A stretch of 64,000 bases of DNA from a virus (taxonomy: Duplodnaviria > Caudoviricetes). Below are positions 1 to 9,199 of this stretch, in pieces. The position numbers were made by a program, and so were the translations under genes. Positions within the stretch are counted from its first letter, which is position 1. The number at the start of each line of letters is the position of its first letter. The notes beneath the pieces are model-generated. The model saw only the letters and a program-made list of their open reading frames with translations. It was not told the DNA's origin and did no database searches. The stretch covers positions 4,832-68,831 of IMG/VR virus record IMGVR_UViG_3300034102_001642; one strand, 5' to 3'.

Positions 1-1593
1 CTTACAGAAGTTACAAGTATGGTAAACAATACAGATTCTGCAAAGGGAGTTTATTCTACATCAGGAACTACATGTAAGTTTACAATTGACACAGGCTCTG
101 CTTCGGGAACTTTAGGAATATTAATTAACCCAATGAATACATCAAACGTTTCTGGAACGTCATTAAGCGGATACGGTAAAAATGCATCGGTTACGGATTT
201 GAAACCAAATAAACCTTCTGTTGCAGCAGGAATGCTTTCTTATAGTTACGGAGGCAAGATGGTTTGGTCTGCTAATAACATAACTGTAACTAGTTGGACA
301 GTGTACAATGATGGTTCGGTATATGCAACCTCTGCATCCTCAAGTCCTAGTACTAATTTCTTAGACATAGATCGACCTGGTGCGTCTCCAGATACATTCG
401 GGTCTTTTGTAGTATTAATTATTGGAACATCTCCAAGATTTTCAGAAACCGCTTGGCTTTCTTCTCCAGCTTTAACTATAACATATCCACCAGCACCAAA
501 TGACTGGTACTGCACAACTTCTATTAATGGTGGAGGCGTGGGTAATTGTGATTATACAAAACCTGGTTTTGATAACTCTGGCTCTGGCAGTGGCTTCTCT
601 CGCCAGTGTACATTTGGAACAGCTTATCCAGCATGTCAATCAACTAATCCTCCACCAGCTAACACATGGAAATGCACAACATCTAGTCCTGGAGCTGGCG
701 TAGGTAATTGTAGTTACACCGATCCTGGTTTTGATAACTCTGGCTCTGGCAGCGGTTATACTCGCCAGTGCACACTTGGAACAAGCTATCCAGAATGTCA
801 ATCAACTAACCCAGCTCCCGTACAAACTAACACATGGAAATGCACAACATCTAGTCCTGGAGCTGGCGTAGGTAATTGTAGTTACACCGATCCTGGTTTT
901 GATAACTCTGGCTCTGGCAGCGGCTACTCTCGCCAGTGCACATTTGGAACAAGCTATCCAGAATGTCAATCAACAAATCCCGCAACAACATTTGCGCCAC
1001 CGTTCTTCCCACCAGAGTTTTTTTCTCCACCAGAGTTTTTTTCTCCACCAACTTTTGGAGGCAAAGGACCCCTACCAACATTTGCGCCACCGTTCTTCCC
1101 ACCGTTCTTCCCACCAGGATTTAAGGGTAAATGTTTAGCACCAGATGCTTTGGCTCTATCTAAAAATGGTTTTGTTAAAGCAAAAGATATACGAGTTGGA
1201 GACGAGCTAATATCTATTAGTAAATCAGACATAAGCTTTGATTCTGTACTAAAAGATAAAACATCACAAAGCTTATCAGAAAATATTCAATTTGAAAACG
1301 TTAAGGTAATTTCTGTAACAGAAAAAACTTCAACGCTAATTGGATTTAATGAAATAGGGAAGAACTATTCTATTACTCAGCCTATATTTATTAAGAATTC
1401 GGGCGGTATAGAATACAGAAATGCTGGAGATATCAATATTGGGGATGTCATTATAAGTATAGGCTTGGATGGCGTGGTTTCAGATATCGTAGTAGAATCT
1501 ATTGAGACGGATAACTTTGAGTCAATAGTTTATGATATTAGAACCTCTCCACAACCTTGGTTTATTGTTAATTCTACTATAGCCATAGCATAA
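1..1593 (+). CDS. Probable virion surface protein (5'-truncated): Ser/Thr/Gly-rich region, three 4-Cys repeats, Pro/Phe repeat tract, C-terminal Hint-like domain
   Basis: Frame is open from base 1, so ATG 19 may be internal. 3x W.CTTS..G.GVGNC.YT.PGFDNSGSGSG..RQCT.GT.YP.CQSTNP; FAPPFFPP tract; CLAPDALALSKNGFVKAKDIRVGD...AGDINIGD...VYDIRT...WFIVN matches the Hint block A/F pattern. Confidence 0.75.
   Translation, partial: LTEVTSMVNNTDSAKGVYSTSGTTCKFTIDTGSASGTLGILINPMNTSNVSGTSLSGYGKNASVTDLKPNKPSVAAGMLSYSYGGKMVWSANNITVTSWTVYNDGSVYATSASSSPSTNFLDIDRPGASPDTFGSFVVLIIGTSPRFSETAWLSSPALTITYPPAPNDWYCTTSINGGGVGNCDYTKPGFDNSGSGSGFSRQCTFGTAYPACQSTNPPPANTWKCTTSSPGAGVGNCSYTDPGFDNSGSGSGYTRQCTLGTSYPECQSTNPAPVQTNTWKCTTSSPGAGVGNCSYTDPGFDNSGSGSGYSRQCTFGTSYPECQSTNPATTFAPPFFPPEFFSPPEFFSPPTFGGKGPLPTFAPPFFPPFFPPGFKGKCLAPDALALSKNGFVKAKDIRVGDELISISKSDISFDSVLKDKTSQSLSENIQFENVKVISVTEKTSTLIGFNEIGKNYSITQPIFIKNSGGIEYRNAGDINIGDVIISIGLDGVVSDIVVESIETDNFESIVYDIRTSPQPWFIVNSTIAIA
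505..981 (+). repeat. Three tandem ~150-170 nt repeats encoding 4-Cys modules
   Basis: Copies begin near 505, 661 and 829; copies 2 and 3 are nearly identical in DNA. Confidence 0.9.
991..1118 (+). repeat. In-frame 12/18-nt repeats encoding PPFF / PPEFFS
   Basis: ccaccgttcttc and ccaccagagtttttttct units. Confidence 0.9.
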
Positions 1594-1629
1594 AAATTAT
1601 GCTATAATTTTTAAAAAAGGAGATTTACC

Positions 1630-1860
1630 GTGTCTATAAAAAGAGATATTGATGGAGAAGTATTTTTAGTTCTCGTTGATAATGAGTTTGCTGGATGGTT
1701 TAGTATACCAACAGGGGACCTTGAAACAGAAATATTAAGATCAGGGCTATCAAGTAACCCTAAGATAATAAATTTTACAGATTTGCCTATAGAAATATCA
1801 CAACTTCCAACCCCAGCATCTGGATGGAAATGGGACGGCACATCATTTAATAAGGATTAA
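1630..1860 (+). CDS. Hypothetical protein (ends in GWKWDG motif; possible fibre-associated protein)
   Basis: GTG start after AAGGAG; TGCTATAAT promoter at 1600-1608. Confidence 0.7.
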   Translation: MSIKRDIDGEVFLVLVDNEFAGWFSIPTGDLETEILRSGLSSNPKIINFTDLPIEISQLPTPASGWKWDGTSFNKD

Positions 1861-1862
1861 TT

Positions 1863-2102
1863 ATGACTTCAAGGTGGCAAACAATAAAAGCTAACCTAGT
1901 TGACCCAAATACCGTAAAGCCATGGGACATGCTAAATCCAAATACCGTATGGACTACTGACGAAAAAAAAGAACAAAGACTAAATATTTGCAGGGGATGC
2001 CCTGAGTTCATATCATTAACCACACAATGTAAACAATGTGGCTGTATTATGAAAATGAAAACAGCAATGGAAGCAGCAGTCTGTCCTTTATCAAAATGGT
2101 AA
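1863..2102 (+). CDS. Small Cys-rich metal-binding protein (R..IC..C...C..CGC...K......CP..KW)
   Basis: Six-Cys pattern common in aquatic phage ORFs. Confidence 0.7.
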   Translation: MTSRWQTIKANLVDPNTVKPWDMLNPNTVWTTDEKKEQRLNICRGCPEFISLTTQCKQCGCIMKMKTAMEAAVCPLSKW

Positions 2103-2173
2103 AAAATCTTATTTATAGAAAATAATAAGGTATAATTATCTAAGCAACACAATCAAATATAGGGGGTAGTCAA

Positions 2174-2731
2174 TTGGCCACCAATTATCCAACTAGCTTA
2201 GATCAATTAGTTAATCCTAATTCTTCCGACGAGCTATCATCACCATCTCATTCGCAGCAACATATAAATGCAAATGATGCTATTGAGGCATTAGAAACAA
2301 AAGTCGGTGTAAATGGTTCAACAGATCCAAACTCACTGTCATACAAAGTTTCAAATATTGAAACTACGTTAATCAATTTAGACAATAGCACAGACAACGT
2401 TATAGAGCTTCTTGGATTAGAAGGCAACAATGACCTTGCAGTCTATGGTATTGAAAACGCTACCAACTTAGATTCTTTTGCAAAAAGCGTATGGAGAACT
2501 GCTAAGTATAACATTCAGGTGACAAGGGGATCCGATGTGTATACATCAGAGATTCTTGTTTCCCACGATGGAACAGACATAATGGTTTCAGAATCAAACA
2601 TAATTTCAAACACAAACAATAGTATATTTTCTTATACCTTTGAAGAAAACTCAGGTATAATTAGTTTAAGAGTCACCCCTGTTTCTGGTTCAATCTCAGT
2701 AAGATACGTCAGATCAGCGCTTAAAGCATAA
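2174..2731 (+). CDS. Putative virion structural protein
   Basis: N-terminal ATNYPTSLD...H...NDAIEALE.KVG motif of phage fibre-type proteins; beta-rich C-terminal domain similar to that of the next ORF. Confidence 0.6.
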   Translation: MATNYPTSLDQLVNPNSSDELSSPSHSQQHINANDAIEALETKVGVNGSTDPNSLSYKVSNIETTLINLDNSTDNVIELLGLEGNNDLAVYGIENATNLDSFAKSVWRTAKYNIQVTRGSDVYTSEILVSHDGTDIMVSESNIISNTNNSIFSYTFEENSGIISLRVTPVSGSISVRYVRSALKA

Positions 2732-2758
2732 ATAAAAGCAGTAAGAGGAGTCATATAA

Positions 2759-3958
2759 ATGGCAACAGTAACAAAAAACTTTAGAATTAAATCGGGCCTT
2801 ATAGTTGAAGGTGCTACAGGTACAATCAATGGTCAAAATATACTTACAGAAACAGGCGGAAATGCTTACATCCTCAACCTTGTTGGCGGTGCCACTCTTG
2901 TAAAATCCGTAGACGCAGGAACATTTGCAGTCGATGGCGCAGGCAATCTTACAGTAAAGCCTAATACATTTGATGCATATGGATCAGCTTCATCTGCTCA
3001 ATCAGCAGCAATTTCTGCAGCATCATCAGATGCAACAACTAAGGCATCTGCAGCACAGTCTGCAGCAATTACAGCAGCAGCAACAGATGCAACAACTAAG
3101 GTAGCAGCAGAAGCAGCACTTAGAGTATCTGGCGATGCAGCATCAGTAGCCACTGCAGCAGCAGACGCTACTACAAAGGCCAACGCCGCTCAAGCAGCAG
3201 CCGAAGCAACAGCAGCAGCTGCTCTTTCATCTGCAATATCAACAGAGGTTTCAAACCGTAACACAGCAATTTCAACTGCAGTAGATTCATTGGTAGATGG
3301 AGCACCAGCTCTTCTTAATACATTAAATGAATTGGCAGCAGCAATAAATGATGACGCTAATTACACAACAACTCTTACATCAGCATTAGCCACAAAAGCT
3401 AATTCAGCAGATGTTACTTCAGCAATTTCTACAGCAGTTTCAGATGCCGCTTCAGATGCAACAACTAAGGTAGCAGCAGAAGCAGCACTTAGAGTATCAG
3501 GCGATGCAGCATCAGTAGCGACAGCAGCAGCTGACGCAACAACCAAGGCTAACGCAGCTCAAGCAGCAGCAGAAGCAACAGCAGCAGCTGCTAATACAGC
3601 TCAGCAAAATGGAACTACAGCATTTACAGCATTAAACGTAAATGATCAAGCTAAGCAATTTGCGGCTTCATCATCTGGGACAGCAGCAGTTGCTGGAACA
3701 GCTTATGAGTGGGCAAAGTCAGATTATCGCTCAGCTAAAGTTCTTGTTAAGATTGACAACGCAACACACAATGAAGTTTCAGAAGTTTTAATAACACTAG
3801 ATGCATCAGATAACGTAGCAATTACAGAATATGCAATTGTCGGAACTAATGGATCAAGAGGAACCATTACAGCAGATGTATCAGGTTCAAATGTAAGAAT
3901 AAGAGTAACTCCAGTAGATAACTCAACAGTTAAAGTATCTGGAACACTTCTTAAATAA
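2759..3958 (+). CDS. Ala-rich coiled-coil fibre protein
   Basis: DATTKA/AAQAAA repeats; fibre motif LVDGAPALLNTLNELAAAINDDANY; SD GAGGAG. Confidence 0.7.
   Translation: MATVTKNFRIKSGLIVEGATGTINGQNILTETGGNAYILNLVGGATLVKSVDAGTFAVDGAGNLTVKPNTFDAYGSASSAQSAAISAASSDATTKASAAQSAAITAAATDATTKVAAEAALRVSGDAASVATAAADATTKANAAQAAAEATAAAALSSAISTEVSNRNTAISTAVDSLVDGAPALLNTLNELAAAINDDANYTTTLTSALATKANSADVTSAISTAVSDAASDATTKVAAEAALRVSGDAASVATAAADATTKANAAQAAAEATAAAANTAQQNGTTAFTALNVNDQAKQFAASSSGTAAVAGTAYEWAKSDYRSAKVLVKIDNATHNEVSEVLITLDASDNVAITEYAIVGTNGSRGTITADVSGSNVRIRVTPVDNSTVKVSGTLLK
3084..3590 (+). repeat. Internal ~135-nt direct repeat (copies from about 3084 and 3453)
   Basis: DATTKVAAEAALRVSGDAASVATAAADATTKANAAQAAAEATAAAA occurs twice. 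Confidence 0.85.
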
Positions 3959-4023
3959 TTAAATAAAAGGTATGGGGTCCTTCCAAAACCCCAACAAAAC
4001 ACTTAGGGGATATGTGAACTTAA

Positions 4024-4557
4024 ATGGCAACAGTAAATAAGAACTTTAAAGTTAAGAATGGACTAAATGTCGCAGGGACTGCTACGTTTGAGTCTAATGT
4101 TGTATTAGGGTCTACTCCCTTAAGATTTGATACCGTAACAAATAAATTACAAATTCAGCTAAATGGCCAATGGATGCCAATAGCTTTAAATTCAGAAGTT
4201 CCAGACGAAAACACAATGATCAATTTAATGGACGTAGGTCTTGCAATTGATTACAATGGTGAGCCAATCTATACAATTCAAGCTAATGGGGTATCTACAA
4301 CAGCAACTAAATTTGCTGATGGCGGAAGCCCATCAACTCCAATTTATGGAATGGTCTTTGATTCTGGAAACGTAGACTGGGAATCAACCCCAGATATAAG
4401 CTTCATGGATATAGGCCTTGCAATTGATTATAATGGTCAACCAGTATATACAGTTCAAGGTAACGGTGTTTCAACATCGGCAAATAAATATGCCAATGGT
4501 GGATATCCAAGTACTTTAGTATACGAATTAACTTTTGATTCAGGCACTTTAGTATAA
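4024..4557 (+). CDS. Putative virion protein with internal duplication
   Basis: N-terminus MATVNKNFKVKNGL paralogous to 2759 ORF (MATVTKNFRIKSGL); MD.GLAIDYNG.P.YT.Q.NGVST...FDSG occurs twice. Confidence 0.65.
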   Translation: MATVNKNFKVKNGLNVAGTATFESNVVLGSTPLRFDTVTNKLQIQLNGQWMPIALNSEVPDENTMINLMDVGLAIDYNGEPIYTIQANGVSTTATKFADGGSPSTPIYGMVFDSGNVDWESTPDISFMDIGLAIDYNGQPVYTVQGNGVSTSANKYANGGYPSTLVYELTFDSGTLV

Positions 4558-4607
4558 ATAAATAAATGGTATAATAATCTAATACAAAGTAACAAAGGGA
4601 GAAAAAA

Positions 4608-6443
4608 ATGTCAACAGTAAGAATTCAAGTTCGAAGAGGATCAGCATCAGACTGGTCTGGAGTAAATCCAATACTTGCAGCAGGAGAACTAGGCGTTGAA
4701 ACAGACACTAGAAAAATCAAAGTTGGAGACGGATCCACCGCATGGAATTCCCTTTCTTACATAGCAGCCGATGCACCTGAAATTGGAGAAATTTCACAAG
4801 ACGCAATCAATACAGCACTTACAATGGGTGCAGGTTTAACAAAGACCTACAATGATGGCTCAAACACAATTACAATTAACGTAGACAGCAACGTTGTTGC
4901 TCTTAAGTCATACGTAGATTCAGCAGTAACTGGACTTACAAATTCAACAGCCAGTACATACTTAGAGAATGCGGATCGTGGAGCAGCAAACGGAGTCGCC
5001 TCTCTTGATGCAAACACTCAAGTGCCAAAATCACAATTGAATCTAATAGGATTATCAACAAATATTACAACAAGTGAAAACATAGAGGCACAAAATTTAA
5101 CATTAGCTGGAAACCTTTTTGTTAACGGAACAACTGTAACATTAGACACAGCTACCTTTACAACAGAAGACCCAATGATTCAATTGGGTTCAACCAACGC
5201 AGGCAATGCTTTAGATCTAGGATTTGTAGCTAAACACAATGATGGAGTTGCTAATCACACAGGATTTGTAAGAGATGCATCTGCTAATAAATGGAAACTA
5301 TTTACAGGAGTAACTGATACCCCAGGCCCTACAATTAATTTTGCCCAGGGAAGCCTAGACGACCTTGAACTTAGAGGCCTTACAGCAACAGATGTCAGCT
5401 TAACTAATTTAGTAGCAACAGGATCAGTAACACTTCCTGCAGGTTCTGTAGAGACAGCAGATTTAGCAACCGATTCAATAACTGCAGCAAAAATTTCAAT
5501 TGGCGCAGTAACTGCAGAAAAAATTGCAGCTGATGCAGTAACTGCAGAAAAAATTGCAGATCTTGCAATTACAAATGATCATGTAAGTGGTACTGCAGCA
5601 ATTCACCAAGACAAAATTTCTGGACTTGGTGCATCTCTTGCAGCTAAATCAGATTTGGCATCACCAACATTTACTGGTACAGTAACTCTTCCAAGTACAA
5701 CATCAATTGGTACAGTTTCTTCAACAGAAATTGGATACCTAGATGGAGTTACATCATCAGTTCAAACACAAATTACAGCAGCGGTTACCGCTCTTTCAAC
5801 CCATGAATCAGATACTACAAATGTTCATGGAATTGCAGATACAGCACTTCTAGCACTTAAGTCAGAGGTTGCTGCGGTAACACCAGCCACTTTAGGACTT
5901 GGTAATGTTGATAATACTTCTGATGCTAATAAGCCAGTATCAACAGCAACAAGCACAGCAATCGCAACAGCAAAGTCTGAAGCAATTGCAGACGCAACAT
6001 CACAGGTAAGTGCACTTATATCTGGTGCACCAGCAGCAATGAATACACTTGATGAACTTGCTGCAGCACTTGGAGATGACGCAAACTTTGCAGCATCAGT
6101 AACAACTAGCCTTGGATTAAAGGTAGATTCTTTAACACCAATCGTTCGGAAGACAGAATCATATACACTTTCATCACTAACTGAAAGAGATGACTTGATC
6201 GAAATGGGATCAGGATCACCTATAACTTTAACAATACCAGCAGATGCAACTCTAGATTTCCCAATCGGAACATCTATTGATATTCTGCAGACTGGAGCTG
6301 GACAAGTAACAATTGCCCCAGTATCAGGAACAGTTACAGTTAACGCAACACCTGGCCTAAAACTTCGTACAACCTGGTCATCTTGTACTCTCTTTAAGAG
6401 AGCAGCAAATACATGGGTTGTCTACGGCGACTTGATGGCGTAA
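4608..6443 (+). CDS. Tail fibre protein with Mtd/hyaluronidase-type N-terminal domain
   Basis: IQVRRGSASDW...NPILAAGELGVETDT.KIKVGDG..AWNSL; GLGNVDNTSDANKPVS and TLDELAAALGDDANF fibre motifs. Confidence 0.8.
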   Translation: MSTVRIQVRRGSASDWSGVNPILAAGELGVETDTRKIKVGDGSTAWNSLSYIAADAPEIGEISQDAINTALTMGAGLTKTYNDGSNTITINVDSNVVALKSYVDSAVTGLTNSTASTYLENADRGAANGVASLDANTQVPKSQLNLIGLSTNITTSENIEAQNLTLAGNLFVNGTTVTLDTATFTTEDPMIQLGSTNAGNALDLGFVAKHNDGVANHTGFVRDASANKWKLFTGVTDTPGPTINFAQGSLDDLELRGLTATDVSLTNLVATGSVTLPAGSVETADLATDSITAAKISIGAVTAEKIAADAVTAEKIADLAITNDHVSGTAAIHQDKISGLGASLAAKSDLASPTFTGTVTLPSTTSIGTVSSTEIGYLDGVTSSVQTQITAAVTALSTHESDTTNVHGIADTALLALKSEVAAVTPATLGLGNVDNTSDANKPVSTATSTAIATAKSEAIADATSQVSALISGAPAAMNTLDELAAALGDDANFAASVTTSLGLKVDSLTPIVRKTESYTLSSLTERDDLIEMGSGSPITLTIPADATLDFPIGTSIDILQTGAGQVTIAPVSGTVTVNATPGLKLRTTWSSCTLFKRAANTWVVYGDLMA

Positions 6444-6476
6444 CACAAATTTAAATAGTAAAAAAGGAGATTCAAA

Positions 6477-7682
6477 ATGGCAGTAGGTAAGAAATTCGGT
6501 AAAAAGGCACAGGCATCAAATGACTTTTTGGAGCCAATGGCACCAACGTCAGTAACAGCAACAAACGTACCAGCAAATCGTGCATATAATAATGGACGGG
6601 CTGACGTAACGTTTTCTTTGCCAGAAAATTCACCTGCTGCCACATCCTTTACAGTAACATCCTCCCCAGGATCATTTACTGCTTCAGGAGCATCTTCTCC
6701 AATATCTGTAGTTGGTTTACAATCAAATACAGCATATACATTTACAGTAACAGGAACAAATGCAGTAGGAACTGGCGCAGCATCTGCTGCCTCAAATAGC
6801 ATTACTGCAACAACTGTACCTCAAGCTCCACAAAGCCCAAGCGCAACTGCAGGAGTTAACCAAAACACAATTACTTGGACACAACCAGCAAATGGTGGAT
6901 CTGCAATAACCAACTATTATGTTGCAGGTAATGATGGAACAAGTGGAAATACAACAGCCCTAACAATAACTATTGCAGATACTGCTAATACATCTCAGTA
7001 TTATAATGTTTATGCAGATAATGCTAATGGTCGGTCAGCAGCCTCAGATAATACAGCAACTATTACTACTCAGGCACCGTTCTTCCCACCGTTCTTCCCA
7101 CCGTTCTTCCCACCAGGGTTCTTTGCCCCACCAGGGTTCTTTGCCCCACCAGGGTTCTTTGCCCCACCAGGGTTCTTTGCCCCACCAGGGTTCTTTTCCC
7201 CACCAGGATTTAAGGGTAAATGTTTAGCACCAGAATCAGTTATTTTCACTAATACTGGATGGGTAAAGGCTAAAGATATTAAAGTTGGGGATCAAGTAGT
7301 AACAGTTGATAGCTCTAATATTAATCTTGAATCTATAACCGCAAATAAGACATCTGGACAATTAGATTCAACAGTTAAGTTTACAAATTCAGAAGTTATT
7401 TCAGTAACAGAAAAAACTGGAAAGCTAGTTGGATTTAATTACAGAGGTAAAGACTACTCAGAAACTCAGCCTTTATTTGTAAAAACCTCAAATGGTATTA
7501 CCTATAAGAATGCAGGAGAAATTGAAATAGGAGAAATAATCCTAGGAGTAGATTCAAATGGACTAGTCCAAGAAACTCCAGTAACCTCAATTGAAAAGGG
7601 TGAAGCAGAATCAACTGTTTATGATGTTAGAACATCTCCACAGCCATGGTTTATCGTTAATTCCTTCCTAGTAATAGCTTAA
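6477..7682 (+). CDS. Fibronectin type III repeat protein with Pro/Phe repeat tract and C-terminal Hint-like domain
   Basis: Two FN3 domains (GLQSNTAYTFTVTGTNAVG; W..PANGGSAITNY.V); APFFPPFFPPFFPPG(FFAPPG)4FFSPPGFKGK|CLAPESVIFT..GWVKAKDIKVGD...VYDVRT...WFIVN. Confidence 0.85.
   Translation: MAVGKKFGKKAQASNDFLEPMAPTSVTATNVPANRAYNNGRADVTFSLPENSPAATSFTVTSSPGSFTASGASSPISVVGLQSNTAYTFTVTGTNAVGTGAASAASNSITATTVPQAPQSPSATAGVNQNTITWTQPANGGSAITNYYVAGNDGTSGNTTALTITIADTANTSQYYNVYADNANGRSAASDNTATITTQAPFFPPFFPPFFPPGFFAPPGFFAPPGFFAPPGFFAPPGFFSPPGFKGKCLAPESVIFTNTGWVKAKDIKVGDQVVTVDSSNINLESITANKTSGQLDSTVKFTNSEVISVTEKTGKLVGFNYRGKDYSETQPLFVKTSNGITYKNAGEIEIGEIILGVDSNGLVQETPVTSIEKGEAESTVYDVRTSPQPWFIVNSFLVIA
7074..7208 (+). 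repeat. Tandem in-frame 12-nt (ccaccgttcttc) and 18-nt (ccaccagggttctttgcc) repeats
   Basis: Read directly from the sequence. Confidence 0.95.
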
Positions 7683-7690
7683 ATATCTAT

Positions 7691-7725
7691 AAAAGAGGGG
7701 TAGCCCACAAGCTGCCCCTCTTTTT
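7691..7725 (+). terminator. Rho-independent terminator (potentially bidirectional)
   Basis: aaaagaggggtagc-ccacaa-gctgcccctc-ttttt. Confidence 0.85.
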
Positions 7726-7729
7726 GCTA

Positions 7730-7758
7730 TTGTATTTGTAAATTCAAAATGATACAAT
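7730..7758 (+). promoter_or_regulatory. Sigma70/SigA-type promoter for the oxygenase cluster
   Basis: TTGTAT-17nt-TACAAT with extended TG (TGATACAAT). Confidence 0.65.
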
Positions 7759-7764
7759 AAAGGC

Positions 7765-8478
7765 ATGACTACTATAAATGACCAATATGGATTTTCTTCA
7801 AAAGAAGAGCTTTTCCCAGGCGTGTGGGTATACAGAGATGTAATTAAAAAAGATTTAGATGTTATTAATAGATTAAACACGATAGGAAATTCTGCTAATA
7901 AAGAAGGAGATTCCAGATACAATTGGACATTCGGCTTTGTTGGATATAGTGATAGAATACCATCATATAGAGATTGCGAAGATATTAAAATTGGAGAGAT
8001 AATTAGTCCAGCTAATGAAACCCAGAAACTAGTTGGAGAATTATGGTCTGATTTAAAAAAAGCACAAGATGTGGCAGTTGCAGACTATTGCGCTAAATAT
8101 AACGTAAAGATGAATTATTGGGAAGTCATGAACTGTATTAGATACGGCAAGGGACAACATTTCCAAGAGCATGCCGACCATGGATTTTCATATAGTGCTA
8201 CAGTATCATTAGTTGCTTATGTAAATGACGATTATGCGGGAGGAAATTTATTTTTCCCTAAATTAGGCTTAGACATTAAGCCAAGAGCTGGTGATTTATA
8301 TATTTTCCCATCTACTTATTTGTTTTCACATAGAGCAATGCCAGTAGAAGATGGCATGAAGTTTTCTATTGTAACAATGCTTGATTATAATGATCATGCT
8401 CACAGACAAGAGTTTTTTGAAGCAAGAACCAGATGGCTAGAAGAAGATGCAAAAACTGGCAAGAATTCGTATGCATAA
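7765..8478 (+). CDS. 2OG-Fe(II) oxygenase, prolyl 4-hydroxylase-like
   Basis: HADH...YVNDDYAGGNLFF...KP.AGDLYIFPS...H...V..G.K. Confidence 0.88.
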   Translation: MTTINDQYGFSSKEELFPGVWVYRDVIKKDLDVINRLNTIGNSANKEGDSRYNWTFGFVGYSDRIPSYRDCEDIKIGEIISPANETQKLVGELWSDLKKAQDVAVADYCAKYNVKMNYWEVMNCIRYGKGQHFQEHADHGFSYSATVSLVAYVNDDYAGGNLFFPKLGLDIKPRAGDLYIFPSTYLFSHRAMPVEDGMKFSIVTMLDYNDHAHRQEFFEARTRWLEEDAKTGKNSYA

Positions 8479-9199
8479 AATTAAGGCATATACAATAAGA
8501 GATGGCTACGGAGAAGTTTTTCCTCTTTCAATTAAAAGAGATTGGATGGATAACACTTGGGACTCTCACGCATACAAATGTTTTCCAGTAGGGCTAACTA
8601 ATCAGCTTGGCTGGGGAATATCGTTTCCCGAAGATATATCTTTTATATGGGATGGAGTAACGGACAGCACCCCAGATCATGTTAAAATTTTATCTGGTGA
8701 AAAATATGCTTATTCTGGTAGAGCCAATGCAACTATAAGTTTTAATACAGGAATAATGTTTTCTACTGAAGAAAATTTAAGTCTTCTATCTATGCCAGTT
8801 CCAAATTTATTTATTGACGGTGCCGTGCCTTTTACAACTCTAATAAGCACATCATTTTTTAGAGGAGAATTGCCATGTGCTTGGATGATAACCAAGCCAA
8901 ACGAGGTTATTACAATAAAAGCAGGAACACCTATAATTGCAATATTGCCAATAGATCTAGAGGGCCTACAAAACTCAGAAATAAATTTTGATAGCGTAGA
9001 ATCTTTGCCAGACCCTAAGTTCGATTCAACCGAATACTCTAATGTTATTTACGATTTAAATAGAAAAGCAGTTTGGTCCAATTTTTATAGAGATGCCGTA
9101 GATCATCTTAAAAATGCCATAGGAAGCCATCAAGTAAAAGCTATTAGATTTAAAGTTAATCATGAATTAAACAGGGGAAATGATATAATAGATAAATGA
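8471..9199 (+). CDS. DUF6065-like protein
   Basis: P....RDWMD.....HAYKCFP....NQLGW motif; ATG 8471 overlaps the upstream stop. Confidence 0.7.
   Translation: MHKIKAYTIRDGYGEVFPLSIKRDWMDNTWDSHAYKCFPVGLTNQLGWGISFPEDISFIWDGVTDSTPDHVKILSGEKYAYSGRANATISFNTGIMFSTEENLSLLSMPVPNLFIDGAVPFTTLISTSFFRGELPCAWMITKPNEVITIKAGTPIIAILPIDLEGLQNSEINFDSVESLPDPKFDSTEYSNVIYDLNRKAVWSNFYRDAVDHLKNAIGSHQVKAIRFKVNHELNRGNDIIDK

Noticed and set aside
505-1118. Repeats as a CRISPR array or DGR template/variable pair
   Set aside because: Repeats are in-frame coding units without unique spacers; differences are not adenine-specific and there is no reverse transcriptase in the window.
1132-1593. Hint domains as mobile inteins
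   Set aside because: No homing endonuclease, no terminal His-Asn and no C-extein; DnaE, DnaB, RecA and TerL are also intein-free.
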